Notes under the pieces: generated by a model
What the model was told of the DNA's origin: nothing
The model's input: only the letters and a program-made list of their open reading frames with translations
The model's database searches: none
Program-made: the position numbers and the translations under genes
Source: Candidatus Marinacidobacterales bacterium
GTDB taxonomy: Bacteria > Acidobacteriota > Vicinamibacteria > Marinacidobacterales > SMYC01
DNA length: 64,000 nucleotides
NCBI GenBank assembly: GCA_965224085.1
Contig: CBDCYI010000004.1
Span: 1,792,001 to 1,856,000, forward strand
Reading direction: 5' to 3'
Shown: in pieces, positions 8,946 through 18,928 of the stretch
How positions within the stretch are numbered: position 1 is the stretch's first letter
How the letters are laid out: every line of letters starts with the position of its first letter

Positions 8946-11498
8946 TTGACACGGCTTTTCAGGTGGGTACCTGTCGCCATACTCATGGCACTTCCCTTTC
9001 TCTACCATTTAAAGCTTTTTTCGCCGAATCCCGAAGAACGAAGGATTTTTCGGGGCGATTTTCTCAACCAGCACTATGTGTGGAAAAGCTACGCACTCTC
9101 GAGAGCTCGCTCCGGAGAGCTCGCTCTCTGGAATCCCCACGTCCTCGGCGGCGTTGCCATTCACGCCAATCCGCAAGTCGGGATCTTCTATCCGCCGACA
9201 TACTCGCTCCTGCCATTCACTAGCGAAGGACGGCTCGACTACATCGCCCTCGAGATCTACCAGCTCCTCCATCAAGCTTTCGCCGGCCTGGGCATGCTGC
9301 TTCTGATGCGCTCGATCGGGAGCCGACCGGCCGGCGCACTGTTGGCAGCGCTCATTTTCGCATTCACAGGCTTTTTCACAACGCCTGGCCACCATACCAT
9401 CGTGATCACAGCCACTTGGATCCCGTGGGCGCTCCTCGCCACGAGGCGAGCCATGAGGCAAGGCGGACCGGGATCTCTCGCTGTGCTCGCCGCAACGCTT
9501 GCGCTCATGGTGCTCGCAGGGCATCCGCAAGTCGCTTATTACGGCCTTCTACTGACAGCTCTCTGGGCTATCGCTTGTGGAGGATTGAAACAGAGCGCAA
9601 CGCGATTCTTGCCAGCGTTGTTTCTCGCTATCGCCATCACCGGAGTTCAGCTGATCCCCACCTATCGCCTCGCCGAGGATTCGTCCCGAGCCGCACTCGG
9701 CTACGAATATTCGACGTCGTTCGGATTCTCGCCCTACTTTCTCGCTGCAGCCTTCATCCCGAAAGGTCAAGTTCGCCTCCCGGGTCAAGACGATTCCGCG
9801 CCACTTCACCTCTATGTCGGGGTCGGCACGTTGCTTCTAGCCGCCGTGGGCTTCCTGCTGTCGGAGACTAAAGGTCATCTTTTTTTCGCCGCTTCCGCTG
9901 CGACGGCTTTGTTTCTCTCGTTCGGGCGGGAGTCCCCCCTTTTCGATTGGTTCTACGCGGCTCTCCCTGGCTTCGATCGCTTTCGTGTTCCGTACCGACT
10001 ACTCGGAATCTATACGCTCGGTATGTCCGTCCTAGCGGGGCTCGGCCTCTCGGTGCTCGAAGAGCTCAGCCGCAAGCAGCGTTTGCGCCTGCGCAGCATC
10101 GTCCGGAGCGCATTCGCCTTACTCGTGGTGCTCACGTTGTGGGCAGGGTTCATGCACACGCGTGTCGTTACGCTCTCTGGCTCCTCTGAGCTCACAGCAC
10201 TTTCGCCCGCTCAAGTGGAGCGCCTCGTTGGCGGCGCATATTGGGCCGTTCTGATCGTGACGATCCACGTGCTCTTCTTGACGCTGCTTCTTTGGCGTCC
10301 ACGCGAAAAATGGGTCATCTATGGGCTCGTGGGCGCCGCGATCCTGGACGTGGGCACGTTCGTGAAGGACCGCGGCGAGCGTCCGTATCGGACACTCGTA
10401 CGGGCCGGAGAGCGCGCGGAGCATCGCCTGGTACAGGCACAAGGCTATCGAAGCCGCTACGTCTCTGAGTCCAACTTGGAGAACTATGCCGCACTCCACG
10501 AAGTAGACTTCGCGGGCGGACACGAGGCTCTCGTCGACCGCCACTACGCCGAGCTTCTCGATGCGAGCCATACGAGCGCGAACGCGCTGTCGCTTTTGAA
10601 CGCCAAGTTCATCGTACGACAAAAGCCTCAATCCGCCTTCCCCTGGTGCGGTCCGCGCTACGCGTCGCCACTTCCCCTGCTCGACATCCCGGCCGGCATG
10701 GCGCCCGCGCGTTTAGAGCTTTTGCCGCCTGTGGACGTCTCGAGCATTCGCCTCGATTGGCATCCGCTCGGCCCGGGCGGAACGGCTTCTGTCGACTTCG
10801 GTGGAGAAGTGTTTCCCCTCGAGCCCGGCCGGCCGCTCGAGCTCCGCTTCGTCGAGCGGAGGTCTATTGACGTGTTCACGGTCATGGTCGACGGCGACAA
10901 TCCGGGGATCCAAATCGAAGGCATCGAAGTCGACCTCAACCCGCTCGCGCTCGTCACGGATTTCATGCGCCTCGGCAACATCAAGATCAATCTCCACGCG
11001 CTCCCCCGGTCCTATTTCATGGTGCCTTCGGACGTCCCGGAGGAAATCCAAACGCTCGACGCGCTCCGGTGCTGGAGCGTCCACGAGGGGGTTCAAGCAC
11101 GGCACCCCGAATCCGGTGAAGGCGCGTCAGGTTTTTTCCGGAAGGACGCGACCGAAATCACCATCTATGAGCCCGAGCTCATCGAGATACGGACCCGCTC
11201 GCCGCGGGCGGGCTTCGTCATTCTCGCGGACACGCTTCGTCCTGGCTGGGTGGCGGAAGTCGATGGCATCGAAACACCCGTCCTTCGGGCGCAATGGTCC
11301 ATGCGCGCCGCCGCCGTACCCGCAGGCGAGCACGTCGTCCGCTTCCGGTACCAACCGCGCGCTCTCACGGCCGGAATGCTCGTGAGTTTGTCGGCGCTTC
11401 TCGTCCTCGTCGCACTCGCTGTGGCCGAATGGCGCCCACGCCGCAAGAAAATACCTCTCCAGGCGGACGAAGACTTCGTCAGCACCGAGCACCAGTGA
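8946..11498 (+). CDS. YfhO-family membrane protein (GT-C-like glycosyltransferase)
   Basis: GELALWNPH..G......NPQ.GIFYP, LAGHPQ, FRVPYR, C-terminal PGWVAEVDG..MRAAAVPAGEHVVRFRYQP; many TM segments; start uncertain (8871/8916/8946). Confidence 0.85.
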   Translation: MTRLFRWVPVAILMALPFLYHLKLFSPNPEERRIFRGDFLNQHYVWKSYALSRARSGELALWNPHVLGGVAIHANPQVGIFYPPTYSLLPFTSEGRLDYIALEIYQLLHQAFAGLGMLLLMRSIGSRPAGALLAALIFAFTGFFTTPGHHTIVITATWIPWALLATRRAMRQGGPGSLAVLAATLALMVLAGHPQVAYYGLLLTALWAIACGGLKQSATRFLPALFLAIAITGVQLIPTYRLAEDSSRAALGYEYSTSFGFSPYFLAAAFIPKGQVRLPGQDDSAPLHLYVGVGTLLLAAVGFLLSETKGHLFFAASAATALFLSFGRESPLFDWFYAALPGFDRFRVPYRLLGIYTLGMSVLAGLGLSVLEELSRKQRLRLRSIVRSAFALLVVLTLWAGFMHTRVVTLSGSSELTALSPAQVERLVGGAYWAVLIVTIHVLFLTLLLWRPREKWVIYGLVGAAILDVGTFVKDRGERPYRTLVRAGERAEHRLVQAQGYRSRYVSESNLENYAALHEVDFAGGHEALVDRHYAELLDASHTSANALSLLNAKFIVRQKPQSAFPWCGPRYASPLPLLDIPAGMAPARLELLPPVDVSSIRLDWHPLGPGGTASVDFGGEVFPLEPGRPLELRFVERRSIDVFTVMVDGDNPGIQIEGIEVDLNPLALVTDFMRLGNIKINLHALPRSYFMVPSDVPEEIQTLDALRCWSVHEGVQARHPESGEGASGFFRKDATEITIYEPELIEIRTRSPRAGFVILADTLRPGWVAEVDGIETPVLRAQWSMRAAAVPAGEHVVRFRYQPRALTAGMLVSLSALLVLVALAVAEWRPRRKKIPLQADEDFVSTEHQ

Positions 11499-11699
11499 AG
11501 CCCATGACTCGTTGGAAAAACAAAGAGAAGTGGGACGAGAAAATAGTTTTCTCGGCTTTATCTCCATGCCACACCCGCTGCCTTAGACAGTGGCTTTTTC
11601 CCAACAGATCGACAAAAAGCGTGACGCGTTTTCTCGCCTTTTTCGGGCGCAGGCGGGGCATTAACCCCTTGGAATCTGCACTTTAGGATTCGGGCCGGA

Positions 11700-11716
11700 C
11701 TGGTCCAAAACTTGCA
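11700..11716 (+). promoter_or_regulatory. Sigma54 (-24/-12) promoter for the HEAT/HD-GYP/GGDEF operon
   Basis: CTGGTCCAAAACTTGCA has GG-N10-GC with TTGCA; an IHF-like TAACCCCTTGGAA lies at about 11662. Confidence 0.6.
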
Positions 11717-11728
11717 TCTCCGAAAGCC

Positions 11729-13453
11729 TTGGAGCAGTCCCCGCCAATAGCCACCGAAAACGTGCTGACAGACGAATCCGTTTCAGAAACCGGTGAGAGC
11801 ACTCGGGCCGAGCAGGTTCGCGAGCTTTTGCGCTTGCTCGTGAAAGCCCAGAAAGCGCAGCGCTTGTATGAAGGGAAGAATGCGGTCTCGGAACGACTCG
11901 AAAAAGGTTTCTACGATCGACTGACGGACTTCCTCGAAACCGACGGAGAGATTCAACTCGCGGTGCACGAGTTCGAGCTCAAATATGAGCACGAAATCGT
12001 CTACGATAGCCACGACCGAAAAAACAGCCTGGCTTTTCTTCTCTATCGCGACGGCCTGAGGCGGCTGTCTCTCCACCCGGGAGTCGAGCGTTGTGAGCTC
12101 GAAGCTTTCCTCACCTGCCTCAATAGTGTCGCGCTGCACGGGAACGACCAGGACGACCTCGTTACGCTCCTGTGGGAACAAGACTTTCACAGCATTCGCT
12201 ATTTTGCGGTCGAGGAGCTCGCCACCACTGCTGACTTCCCTCGCTTGGACGAGCAGTTGGCTTCGGGTGAGCTGTCTTGCGACGGCGACGGCACAGCCCA
12301 GGCCGTGAGTTTGGACCTCGAACAGCCCGTAAGCTCCGTCCCGGTCGAAACGTGCCGTCTCGACGAAGGAGAGATCGAAGAGCTACAAGCGGCGCGCGCG
12401 CGCGAAGCCGCCATCCCGTTCGAGACTCTCGTCACGGAGCTCGCAATCGAGCTGACGCTACTCGAAGAGAACGAGACGGAGAGGGACGAGCTCATCGCGA
12501 GCCTGGTCGGAATCAGCGATAGGCTCATTTCGGAGGGCGCGCTTCGGGAGCTCGCCGCCATGGTCGAGCATATGGACGGCCTTGCGACGATGCTCAAAGA
12601 CGAGCCGGATGTCGCACGGCTTTTTTCGACGCTTTTGAATCGTCTCCGGGAGCCGGAGCGGCTCGCGCGCTTTCTCGCGAAAGTCGACGAGCACCATGCA
12701 CCCAGGCCCGACGTGCTAACAGCCTACCTCGCGCGCTTCGGGAGCCTCGCGGCCGAAGCGCTTTTGCCTTGGATGGGACGGCTCTCGTCATCCGCTTATC
12801 GACGCGCTGTGACGACCGCCGTTCTCGCGACGGAGGACGGAGGCCTTTCGGCACTGTTCACGAGTTTTCCTGTCGGTAGCCAGAGCGAAGGTGTCGAGCA
12901 TCGTCAATATTTACGAGAGTTTCTCCATGCCCTCTCGCATCACCCGGGCGAGCGCGCGCTTCCCGTGTTGACGCGAGTACTGGACACGCAGGACGTGGAG
13001 ACGCGTCGAGAGAGCTTCGTCGCCATCTCACGTTATCCGGATCCCGAAGTGGACGACCTGTCGCTCGAGCGGCTGGGAGACCCGGACCCGGAGATCCGCG
13101 CCACGGCACTCGACACCCTCGTGCGACGTGGAAGTCAAGAGCTCGGCGAGAAGATACTCGAACGCTCTCTAACTGCAAGCGATTTCGACTCCCGCAGCCT
13201 GAACGAGAAGCGCCGCCTCTTTGCAGCTGTCGCGAAACTTTGCGGTGAATCGGTGCTCGATCTCCTCAACCAACAACTGATGGGGAAGGAAATCCGCTGG
13301 TTCACGTCGAAAAAAGAAAAAGAATTTGCCGAAGCCGTGGCCCACGGGATGCGCGTCGTCGGCACGCCGAAAGCGAAGGAGTTTCTGCAGCACGGCTCCA
13401 ACGACGGCGCCCGCTTCGTGCGTGCCGCTTGCGCCAAAGAGCTCGATCTCTGA
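11729..13453 (+). CDS. HEAT-repeat protein with a conserved N-terminal domain
   Basis: LAFLLYRDGLRRL..DDLVTLLWEQDFHSI N-terminal domain; C-terminal repeats LGDPDPEIRATALDTL. Confidence 0.75.
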   Translation: MEQSPPIATENVLTDESVSETGESTRAEQVRELLRLLVKAQKAQRLYEGKNAVSERLEKGFYDRLTDFLETDGEIQLAVHEFELKYEHEIVYDSHDRKNSLAFLLYRDGLRRLSLHPGVERCELEAFLTCLNSVALHGNDQDDLVTLLWEQDFHSIRYFAVEELATTADFPRLDEQLASGELSCDGDGTAQAVSLDLEQPVSSVPVETCRLDEGEIEELQAARAREAAIPFETLVTELAIELTLLEENETERDELIASLVGISDRLISEGALRELAAMVEHMDGLATMLKDEPDVARLFSTLLNRLREPERLARFLAKVDEHHAPRPDVLTAYLARFGSLAAEALLPWMGRLSSSAYRRAVTTAVLATEDGGLSALFTSFPVGSQSEGVEHRQYLREFLHALSHHPGERALPVLTRVLDTQDVETRRESFVAISRYPDPEVDDLSLERLGDPDPEIRATALDTLVRRGSQELGEKILERSLTASDFDSRSLNEKRRLFAAVAKLCGESVLDLLNQQLMGKEIRWFTSKKEKEFAEAVAHGMRVVGTPKAKEFLQHGSNDGARFVRAACAKELDL

Positions 13454-13460
13454 TATCGCC

Positions 13461-14915
13461 ATGGCTACCCTCGCAACTGCACCGCTCACATCCCCTGACG
13501 TCGTCGAGAGCCAGTTTCTCGACGGCGCCAGAGACGCGTTGCAGCAGATCGCGGTCTTGCTTCGAAACTCCTACTTGCATGATCTCGGCAACGAGGTTTT
13601 CGAGGAGCCGCTCGAAAAGCTCCACGAGACTCTCGGCCGGCTGCTCAAAAACGAAGGACAGTTTCAGCTCGAGCTCTCCGAAGAAGAGGTCTTCGCGAAC
13701 GGCGTGCGCGTGCGGATGGAGATCAAGACACTTCACGCGTATAAATACGTTATCGGCGAGCTCCGCAAGCGCGACATCGGCGGCATCTCGTTCTCGCGAC
13801 CGTCGGTAGAGAGTCTCTCCAAGCTGCTCGAAGTGCTGGCGAAAGTTCGGGGTGCTTCGGAGGGGGGCATAGGGGCGCTCAACGCGATGTTGACTGAGCG
13901 AAAGGCTAGCGGGATCAAGCTGCTACCGGAGCGCGTTGAAGCTCCTGTCCCAGAGGACGACCCCCGTGCACCCGATCGCCGCGATCGCGCCATCAACGCT
14001 TACCAGCAGGCGCTCGATTTCATTCGCCAGTCCATGATGAGTCTCAGTTCGCCCGCACAAGTGAATCTCAGAAAGGCGAAGCGCACGGTACAAAAGCTCG
14101 TCGACTTGAGCTACGAGGAAGGCAACGGGTTCTCCCTGGCGGGCATGGCCTCCATCAAGGAGCACGACAACTATACCTTCAACCACATGGTCAACGTCTG
14201 CGTGCTCGCGATCGCCTTCGGACAGCGTCTCGGCCTGAGACGCCATGAGGTCGCCCAGCTCGGCTTGAGCGCGCTCTATCACGACATGGGGAAGCTCCAC
14301 ATTCCCGTGAAACTCTTGAACAAGCACACAGACCTCACTGAGAAGGAATGGGCGGTGATGGGCAATCACACCGTCTTCGCCGCTCGGACGCTGTTCCCTC
14401 TTATCGAGACCGACCGCAGCACGGTGCACCGCATCCTCACGGCGCTTCAACATCATCTTCGATATGACGGCAGCGGCTATCCCAAGCTTCGCCTTCGCAC
14501 CCAGCAGAGCCTTTATGCCCGTATCACGGCCATCGTCGATACTTTCGACGCGATGACGACGAAACGTCTCTACCAGCGCCAATTTCTTCCCGATGAAGCC
14601 ATAGCACTCTTGTACAAGCTCGCCGGCGGACGCTATGACCCCACACTCGTGAAGGCCTTCGTCAACTGCATGGGCATCTACCCCATCGGGTCGACTGTCT
14701 CGCTTTCCACCGGAGAGCTCGCTGTCGTGGTCGAGTCGAACCCGAACCCGGACGCTATCCACCAACCCAAAGTTCGCGTCGTCACGGACACTCACCAAGA
14801 CTTGGCGCCACCTTCTCTCGTCGATCTGACGCATCCCAGCCAGAGCGAGCGACGCATTCTGCGTTGCGTGAACCCAGAGAAATACGCCATCAACAGCGCT
14901 CATTATGTCTGCTAA
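13461..14915 (+). CDS. HD-GYP domain phosphodiesterase
   Basis: HDNYTFNHMVNV, LYHDMGK, HHLRYDGSGYP, DTFDAMTTKRLY, YPIGSTV. Confidence 0.9.
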   Translation: MATLATAPLTSPDVVESQFLDGARDALQQIAVLLRNSYLHDLGNEVFEEPLEKLHETLGRLLKNEGQFQLELSEEEVFANGVRVRMEIKTLHAYKYVIGELRKRDIGGISFSRPSVESLSKLLEVLAKVRGASEGGIGALNAMLTERKASGIKLLPERVEAPVPEDDPRAPDRRDRAINAYQQALDFIRQSMMSLSSPAQVNLRKAKRTVQKLVDLSYEEGNGFSLAGMASIKEHDNYTFNHMVNVCVLAIAFGQRLGLRRHEVAQLGLSALYHDMGKLHIPVKLLNKHTDLTEKEWAVMGNHTVFAARTLFPLIETDRSTVHRILTALQHHLRYDGSGYPKLRLRTQQSLYARITAIVDTFDAMTTKRLYQRQFLPDEAIALLYKLAGGRYDPTLVKAFVNCMGIYPIGSTVSLSTGELAVVVESNPNPDAIHQPKVRVVTDTHQDLAPPSLVDLTHPSQSERRILRCVNPEKYAINSAHYVC

Positions 14916-15984
14916 GAAAAAAGCATCGAAACCACCGACCACCCCGAAGTTCGAAAGAGCCAAGCGCCCGATCGTCTGGATCGGCGGCTCGGGGCTTCCT
15001 GGAGGAGCCACGGGGAAAAAACTCATCGCCCTCGGACACCCTCTGCACTGGGAGCCCGGCTCGTTGAAGGCCGCGGGCTCCGTCGCGACTCTTCAGCCCG
15101 TCATCGTCGTTGTCGAGTCGGAGCGCATGTCCGAGACGCTTCAGGCGCTCCTGGTCACGCTGACCGAGTTGAAATCCACCATCGACGTGGTCGTGTTCCA
15201 GCTTCGCCAGCGGGAACCGCGGCAGATAGCGGACGGGGTCGATGGGCTCTTGCTGTACGGCCCGTCGCTCGTACAACAAATCAAGACGGTCCTCGCAACG
15301 ATGGCCGGCAGTAGGGCATTCAAAGCGACGGGGCTGCGGGCTCAGAAACGCCTGAAGAAAGTACGAAGCGAGCTCGACCGGCTGCGCACGTTAGCTGTGA
15401 AGGATGACCTCACCTGCATCTACAATCTCCGCTTCTTCAACCGCTCGCTGGAGAACGAGCACCAGCGCGCCTTGCGCTTCGGTCGCTGCTATTCACTCAT
15501 TTTTCTCGATCTCGACGGCCTCCGCGAAGTCAATAGCCGCAAGGGCCACCTCGTTGGCGGGCAAGTCCTGAAGCAAGTGGCCGCGTTCGTGATGGACCGC
15601 GTCCGGCGCATCGACCTGCCCGCGCGCATCGGCGGAGACGAGTTCGTCGTTATTTGCCCAGAGACGGCGAAGCCTGCTGCCCGCCTCGTCGCCGAAAGGA
15701 TACGCAGCGGCATCGAAAGCCTGCAAGACGGTAAGGGGAAGCCTCTCGACATTACTGCGAGTATCGGCGTCGCCTGCTTTCCCGAGGACGGCCGCCTACC
15801 CGAGGAAGTGTTGCAGCGCGCCGACCGCGCTCTCTACGAAGCCAAATCCCAAGGCAAGAATCGCGTCTGCAGCTGGGGAGAGTTCGCGGCCGACGGGGAC
15901 GACATGAGCTTCGTAGGGTCGGTCCACAATACTATCGACACTCCAATCATCGAAAAGCCCGACGGGAGCGAAACGATCAACTAG
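14905..15984 (+). CDS. Diguanylate cyclase (degenerate receiver-like N-terminus, coiled coil, GGDEF)
   Basis: DDLTCIYN, DLDGL..VN, RRID I-site upstream of RIGGDEF, ADRALYEAKSQGKN; overlaps the HD-GYP stop. Confidence 0.9.
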   Translation: MSAKKKASKPPTTPKFERAKRPIVWIGGSGLPGGATGKKLIALGHPLHWEPGSLKAAGSVATLQPVIVVVESERMSETLQALLVTLTELKSTIDVVVFQLRQREPRQIADGVDGLLLYGPSLVQQIKTVLATMAGSRAFKATGLRAQKRLKKVRSELDRLRTLAVKDDLTCIYNLRFFNRSLENEHQRALRFGRCYSLIFLDLDGLREVNSRKGHLVGGQVLKQVAAFVMDRVRRIDLPARIGGDEFVVICPETAKPAARLVAERIRSGIESLQDGKGKPLDITASIGVACFPEDGRLPEEVLQRADRALYEAKSQGKNRVCSWGEFAADGDDMSFVGSVHNTIDTPIIEKPDGSETIN

Positions 15985-16102
15985 CAGCCTGTGACAGTGC
16001 CGAGATCTATGTAACGAATCACTGATACAAGTCGGGAGCGAAACGATCAACTAGCAGCCTGTGACAGTGCCGAGATCTATGTAACGAATCACTGATACAA
16101 GT
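15963..16102. repeat. Exact 70-bp tandem duplication
   Basis: CGGGAGCGAAACGATCAACTAG...ACTGATACAAGT occurs at 15963-16032 and 16033-16102. Confidence 0.95.
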
Positions 16103-16121
16103 CACCAACATTCAGAGCTTA

Positions 16122-17481
16122 GGTTCTGTTACATAATAATATTTACAAATACGAGTTCGGTAAGAATTAATACCCTCAATCAAGCACGTCGGGGATGGAG
16201 AGTGTAATTCCAGTTGCCGTGGAAGGGGTGGATTTTGAGTCGAAGCTCCTGCATTTCTTCGTTACTGACCTTCTGGCCTGTCTCGTAGGAGTTCTTGTCC
16301 AGCATGGCCTTTACCTTCAAGCCGGTTCGGGTCTTGGTGTTGCCGATAAGATTGACGACCGCCTCGTAGCTCACGAGAGGCCGTCCTTTCCAGTTCATGC
16401 TGACAAAGGAGAATAGTCGATGTTCGATTTTGTTCCATTTACTGGTTCCCGGTGGATAGTGGCATACGGTGATGGGAATCTTCAGTTGGTCCGATAGCTT
16501 TTGGAGGTGGAGCTTCCAGCCTCGCAGCCGGTTTCCGTTGCTTCCACCGGCGTCCGCGCAAACAAGCAGACGTTTCGCCATCGGATAAGACTTTTTTCCG
16601 AGTATGCGCCACCATCTCCGGATGCTTTCTACCTCGAATTCCGCAGTCTCGTGAGTAATGCCGACGTTGACCAGCGCTTCGTCGCGGGACACATCGTAAG
16701 TCCCATAGGGAATTGCTTTGCCCTCAGCCATACTGGGGAAGTCGTGTACAAGAACCGGCTCACCTCCGCCCTTCTTCTTCCTCCACGTTTTACCCCTGTT
16801 TTCAAAGGCTCCTATCAATTCCTTCTTCTTGGTATCGACGCTCACGACCGGATCCTTGCTTCGCATGAACTTGCTTACTTGCTTGTTGATGTAACGAAAC
16901 TGTTTGTCCCGATCCGGGTGCTGATCCCCTTCCAGTCTCTTCACGTTAGCTTGCAGCGAGTAACCCATTTCTCCTAGGCGTCGAGCAACTGTCACGTGCG
17001 AGACATCGTGACCTTTGCGTTCAAGCTCCTCCGCCATCGCTCTCGTGGACTTGTTCGTCCATTTGAGATGCTTCATCGGGTCGCCGGCGGTTCTTTCGTC
17101 GAGGATCTTCTTCAGCTGCCGCTCGATTCTCGGGTCTAACTCCTCGACCCGCTTTCTCCCCCCGCCAGGCTTGCGCACTCGGGCGCTGTCGTCATCAACT
17201 ATCGGCGCTTTCGCTTTGAGTTCCGCCACGCCCTTCATGATGGTCGGCCGCGACATCCCCGTAAGTCGTGACAGCCGACTGACCCCGCCGCGTCCTTCTT
17301 CAAGCGCCCGTTGAGCCACAAAAACACGCGCTTGCGCTTCGTTCAACGTCCCCAGCACCCTCAACCAGTGACGCTCAGACTCTGGTACCTTTCGATCTGT
17401 TGCCATCCTCGTATAGTCTCGCAACCAGCAGAGGATAGCAGCAATGACAGTGTATTGTAAATATTAATATGTAACATGCCC
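16122..17481 (-). mobile_element. ISAzo13-family insertion sequence
   Basis: Imperfect 27-bp IRs (GGTTCTGTTACATAATAATATTTACAA / GGGCATGTTACATATTAATATTTACAA) flanked by a TTA duplication. Confidence 0.9.
16180..17406 (-). CDS. ISAzo13-family transposase
   Basis: GYSLQANVK, HPDRDKQF, SVDTKKKE, ADAGGSNG, HYPPGTSKWNKIEHRLF, FHGNWNY. Confidence 0.92.
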   Translation of the reverse strand: MATDRKVPESERHWLRVLGTLNEAQARVFVAQRALEEGRGGVSRLSRLTGMSRPTIMKGVAELKAKAPIVDDDSARVRKPGGGRKRVEELDPRIERQLKKILDERTAGDPMKHLKWTNKSTRAMAEELERKGHDVSHVTVARRLGEMGYSLQANVKRLEGDQHPDRDKQFRYINKQVSKFMRSKDPVVSVDTKKKELIGAFENRGKTWRKKKGGGEPVLVHDFPSMAEGKAIPYGTYDVSRDEALVNVGITHETAEFEVESIRRWWRILGKKSYPMAKRLLVCADAGGSNGNRLRGWKLHLQKLSDQLKIPITVCHYPPGTSKWNKIEHRLFSFVSMNWKGRPLVSYEAVVNLIGNTKTRTGLKVKAMLDKNSYETGQKVSNEEMQELRLKIHPFHGNWNYTLHPRRA

Positions 17482-17515
17482 TTAGCTGGATGCTGGGGGT
17501 TGTTCCTGCTACCTT

Positions 17516-18751
17516 ATGCGCGTGAATACGCGCCGGATAGGACTGTCTCTGGGGGCCGACCTCTGCTGGCCTACCTGCTACGAAGAAATCCTCAGCCGCT
17601 TTAATCCAAGATTCGAGATCCGTGGGGAGACCATTGGCTTCGACGTCACGCGGCTCGATATCGAGCCTTTCGACCTTCGAAGACCCTGTCCCTATGACGT
17701 AGTTCTAGACCGCGTGACCCATTGGTACCACACGAGCCGCGAGTGGATCAAGAAATCCATCCTCATGGACGGTCTCTATGTGCTGAACAACCCCTGGTCG
17801 ATCCAGTCGATGGAAAAGCAGACGACCTATTGCGCGATGATGCATCTCGGCCTTCCCGTCCCAGAGACGTGGATGTTGCCTCCCAAGGAGTACGAGCCCA
17901 CGCCGGATCTCGAGTCGACGCTCGAGCGCTACGCGAAGCTATTCGATCTCGGTGAAGTGGGGACCCAAGTCGGCTACCCGCACTTTATGAAGCCGTATGA
18001 TGGCGGCGCCTGGGTCGCGGTGACCCGGATTGCGAACGAAGAAGCGCTACGAGAAGCCTACGAGAAGAGCGGACGGCGTGTGATGCATCTGCAACGAGCC
18101 ATCGAGCCCTTCGACCTGTTCGTTCGATGTCTCGGCATCGGGCCCGAGCTACGCTTCATCCGATACGACCCCGACGCGCCGCTCCATGCACGCTACCGCA
18201 CGGATCGTGACTTCCTGACGAAGGAGGAAGAGGGCCTTGTGCGCGACATGACGCTCATGATCAACGCCTATTTCGGATGGGACTTCAACTCATGTGAAGT
18301 CATCCGTAAAGACGGCGTCTTCTACCCCATCGATTTCGCCAACGCTTGCCCAGACGCCCAGGTAACATCGCTCCACTATCACTTCCCCTGGCTCGTCAAA
18401 ACAATGCTTCAGTGGTCACTCTACTGCGCAGCGACAAAACGCAAGATGCGTACAAATATGGACTGGAACCTCTACGAGGAGATCCGAAATAAAAAAGGCG
18501 GCTACCGCGAACGCCTCGCCGCATACGGCGCCGTAGCTAGAGACCGATTCGAAACGGAGGCCTTCGACACCTTCCGCGAGCAACACTTGAAGCCCCTCGA
18601 CGAGATCACGTGGGACTATTTCGGCACCCCCCGCGCAAAAGAGATAATCCGAGCAAAAGTCGCGACCCTCTTCCCTAAGCACGAGCACGACGAGTTCACC
18701 GACCTGTTCTGGACCCAAATCCAGGAATGGCGCGACAACGAAAATCCGTAA
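17516..18751 (+). CDS. ATP-grasp (RimK/GshB-like) ligase
   Basis: VLDRVTHW, VLNNP, PETWMLPPK, MKPYDGGAW, DFNSCE, IDFANACPD; GTG 17522 is a possible start. Confidence 0.8.
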   Translation: MRVNTRRIGLSLGADLCWPTCYEEILSRFNPRFEIRGETIGFDVTRLDIEPFDLRRPCPYDVVLDRVTHWYHTSREWIKKSILMDGLYVLNNPWSIQSMEKQTTYCAMMHLGLPVPETWMLPPKEYEPTPDLESTLERYAKLFDLGEVGTQVGYPHFMKPYDGGAWVAVTRIANEEALREAYEKSGRRVMHLQRAIEPFDLFVRCLGIGPELRFIRYDPDAPLHARYRTDRDFLTKEEEGLVRDMTLMINAYFGWDFNSCEVIRKDGVFYPIDFANACPDAQVTSLHYHFPWLVKTMLQWSLYCAATKRKMRTNMDWNLYEEIRNKKGGYRERLAAYGAVARDRFETEAFDTFREQHLKPLDEITWDYFGTPRAKEIIRAKVATLFPKHEHDEFTDLFWTQIQEWRDNENP

Positions 18752-18752
18752 G

Positions 18753-18920
18753 AGCGATCAATATTCAAAAAAGCGTAACGCAAAGGCGCAAAGTCGCCAG
18801 GGCGCGAAGGGAAAAAACGAGGAGCGTGAGAGCTTCTGCTCTTCTTGCGTTTGTTTGCGTTTGTTTGCGTCTTTGCGGCTTGGCGCCTCGGCGTTAGGCT
18901 TTTTTGGAATATTGATCGCT
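18753..18920. repeat. Long imperfect palindrome (REP/MITE-like), copy 1
   Basis: About 55-bp arms: AGCGATCAATATTCAAAAAAGCGTAACGCAAAGGCGCAAAGTCGCC vs reverse complement AGCGATCAATATTCCAAAAAAGCCTAACGCCGAGGCGCCAAGCCGC; lies between convergent genes. Confidence 0.85.
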
Positions 18921-18928
18921 TTTTCGTT

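Noticed and set aside
15963-16102. Possible CRISPR array
   Set aside because: Two contiguous 70-bp units with no spacer and no cas genes.
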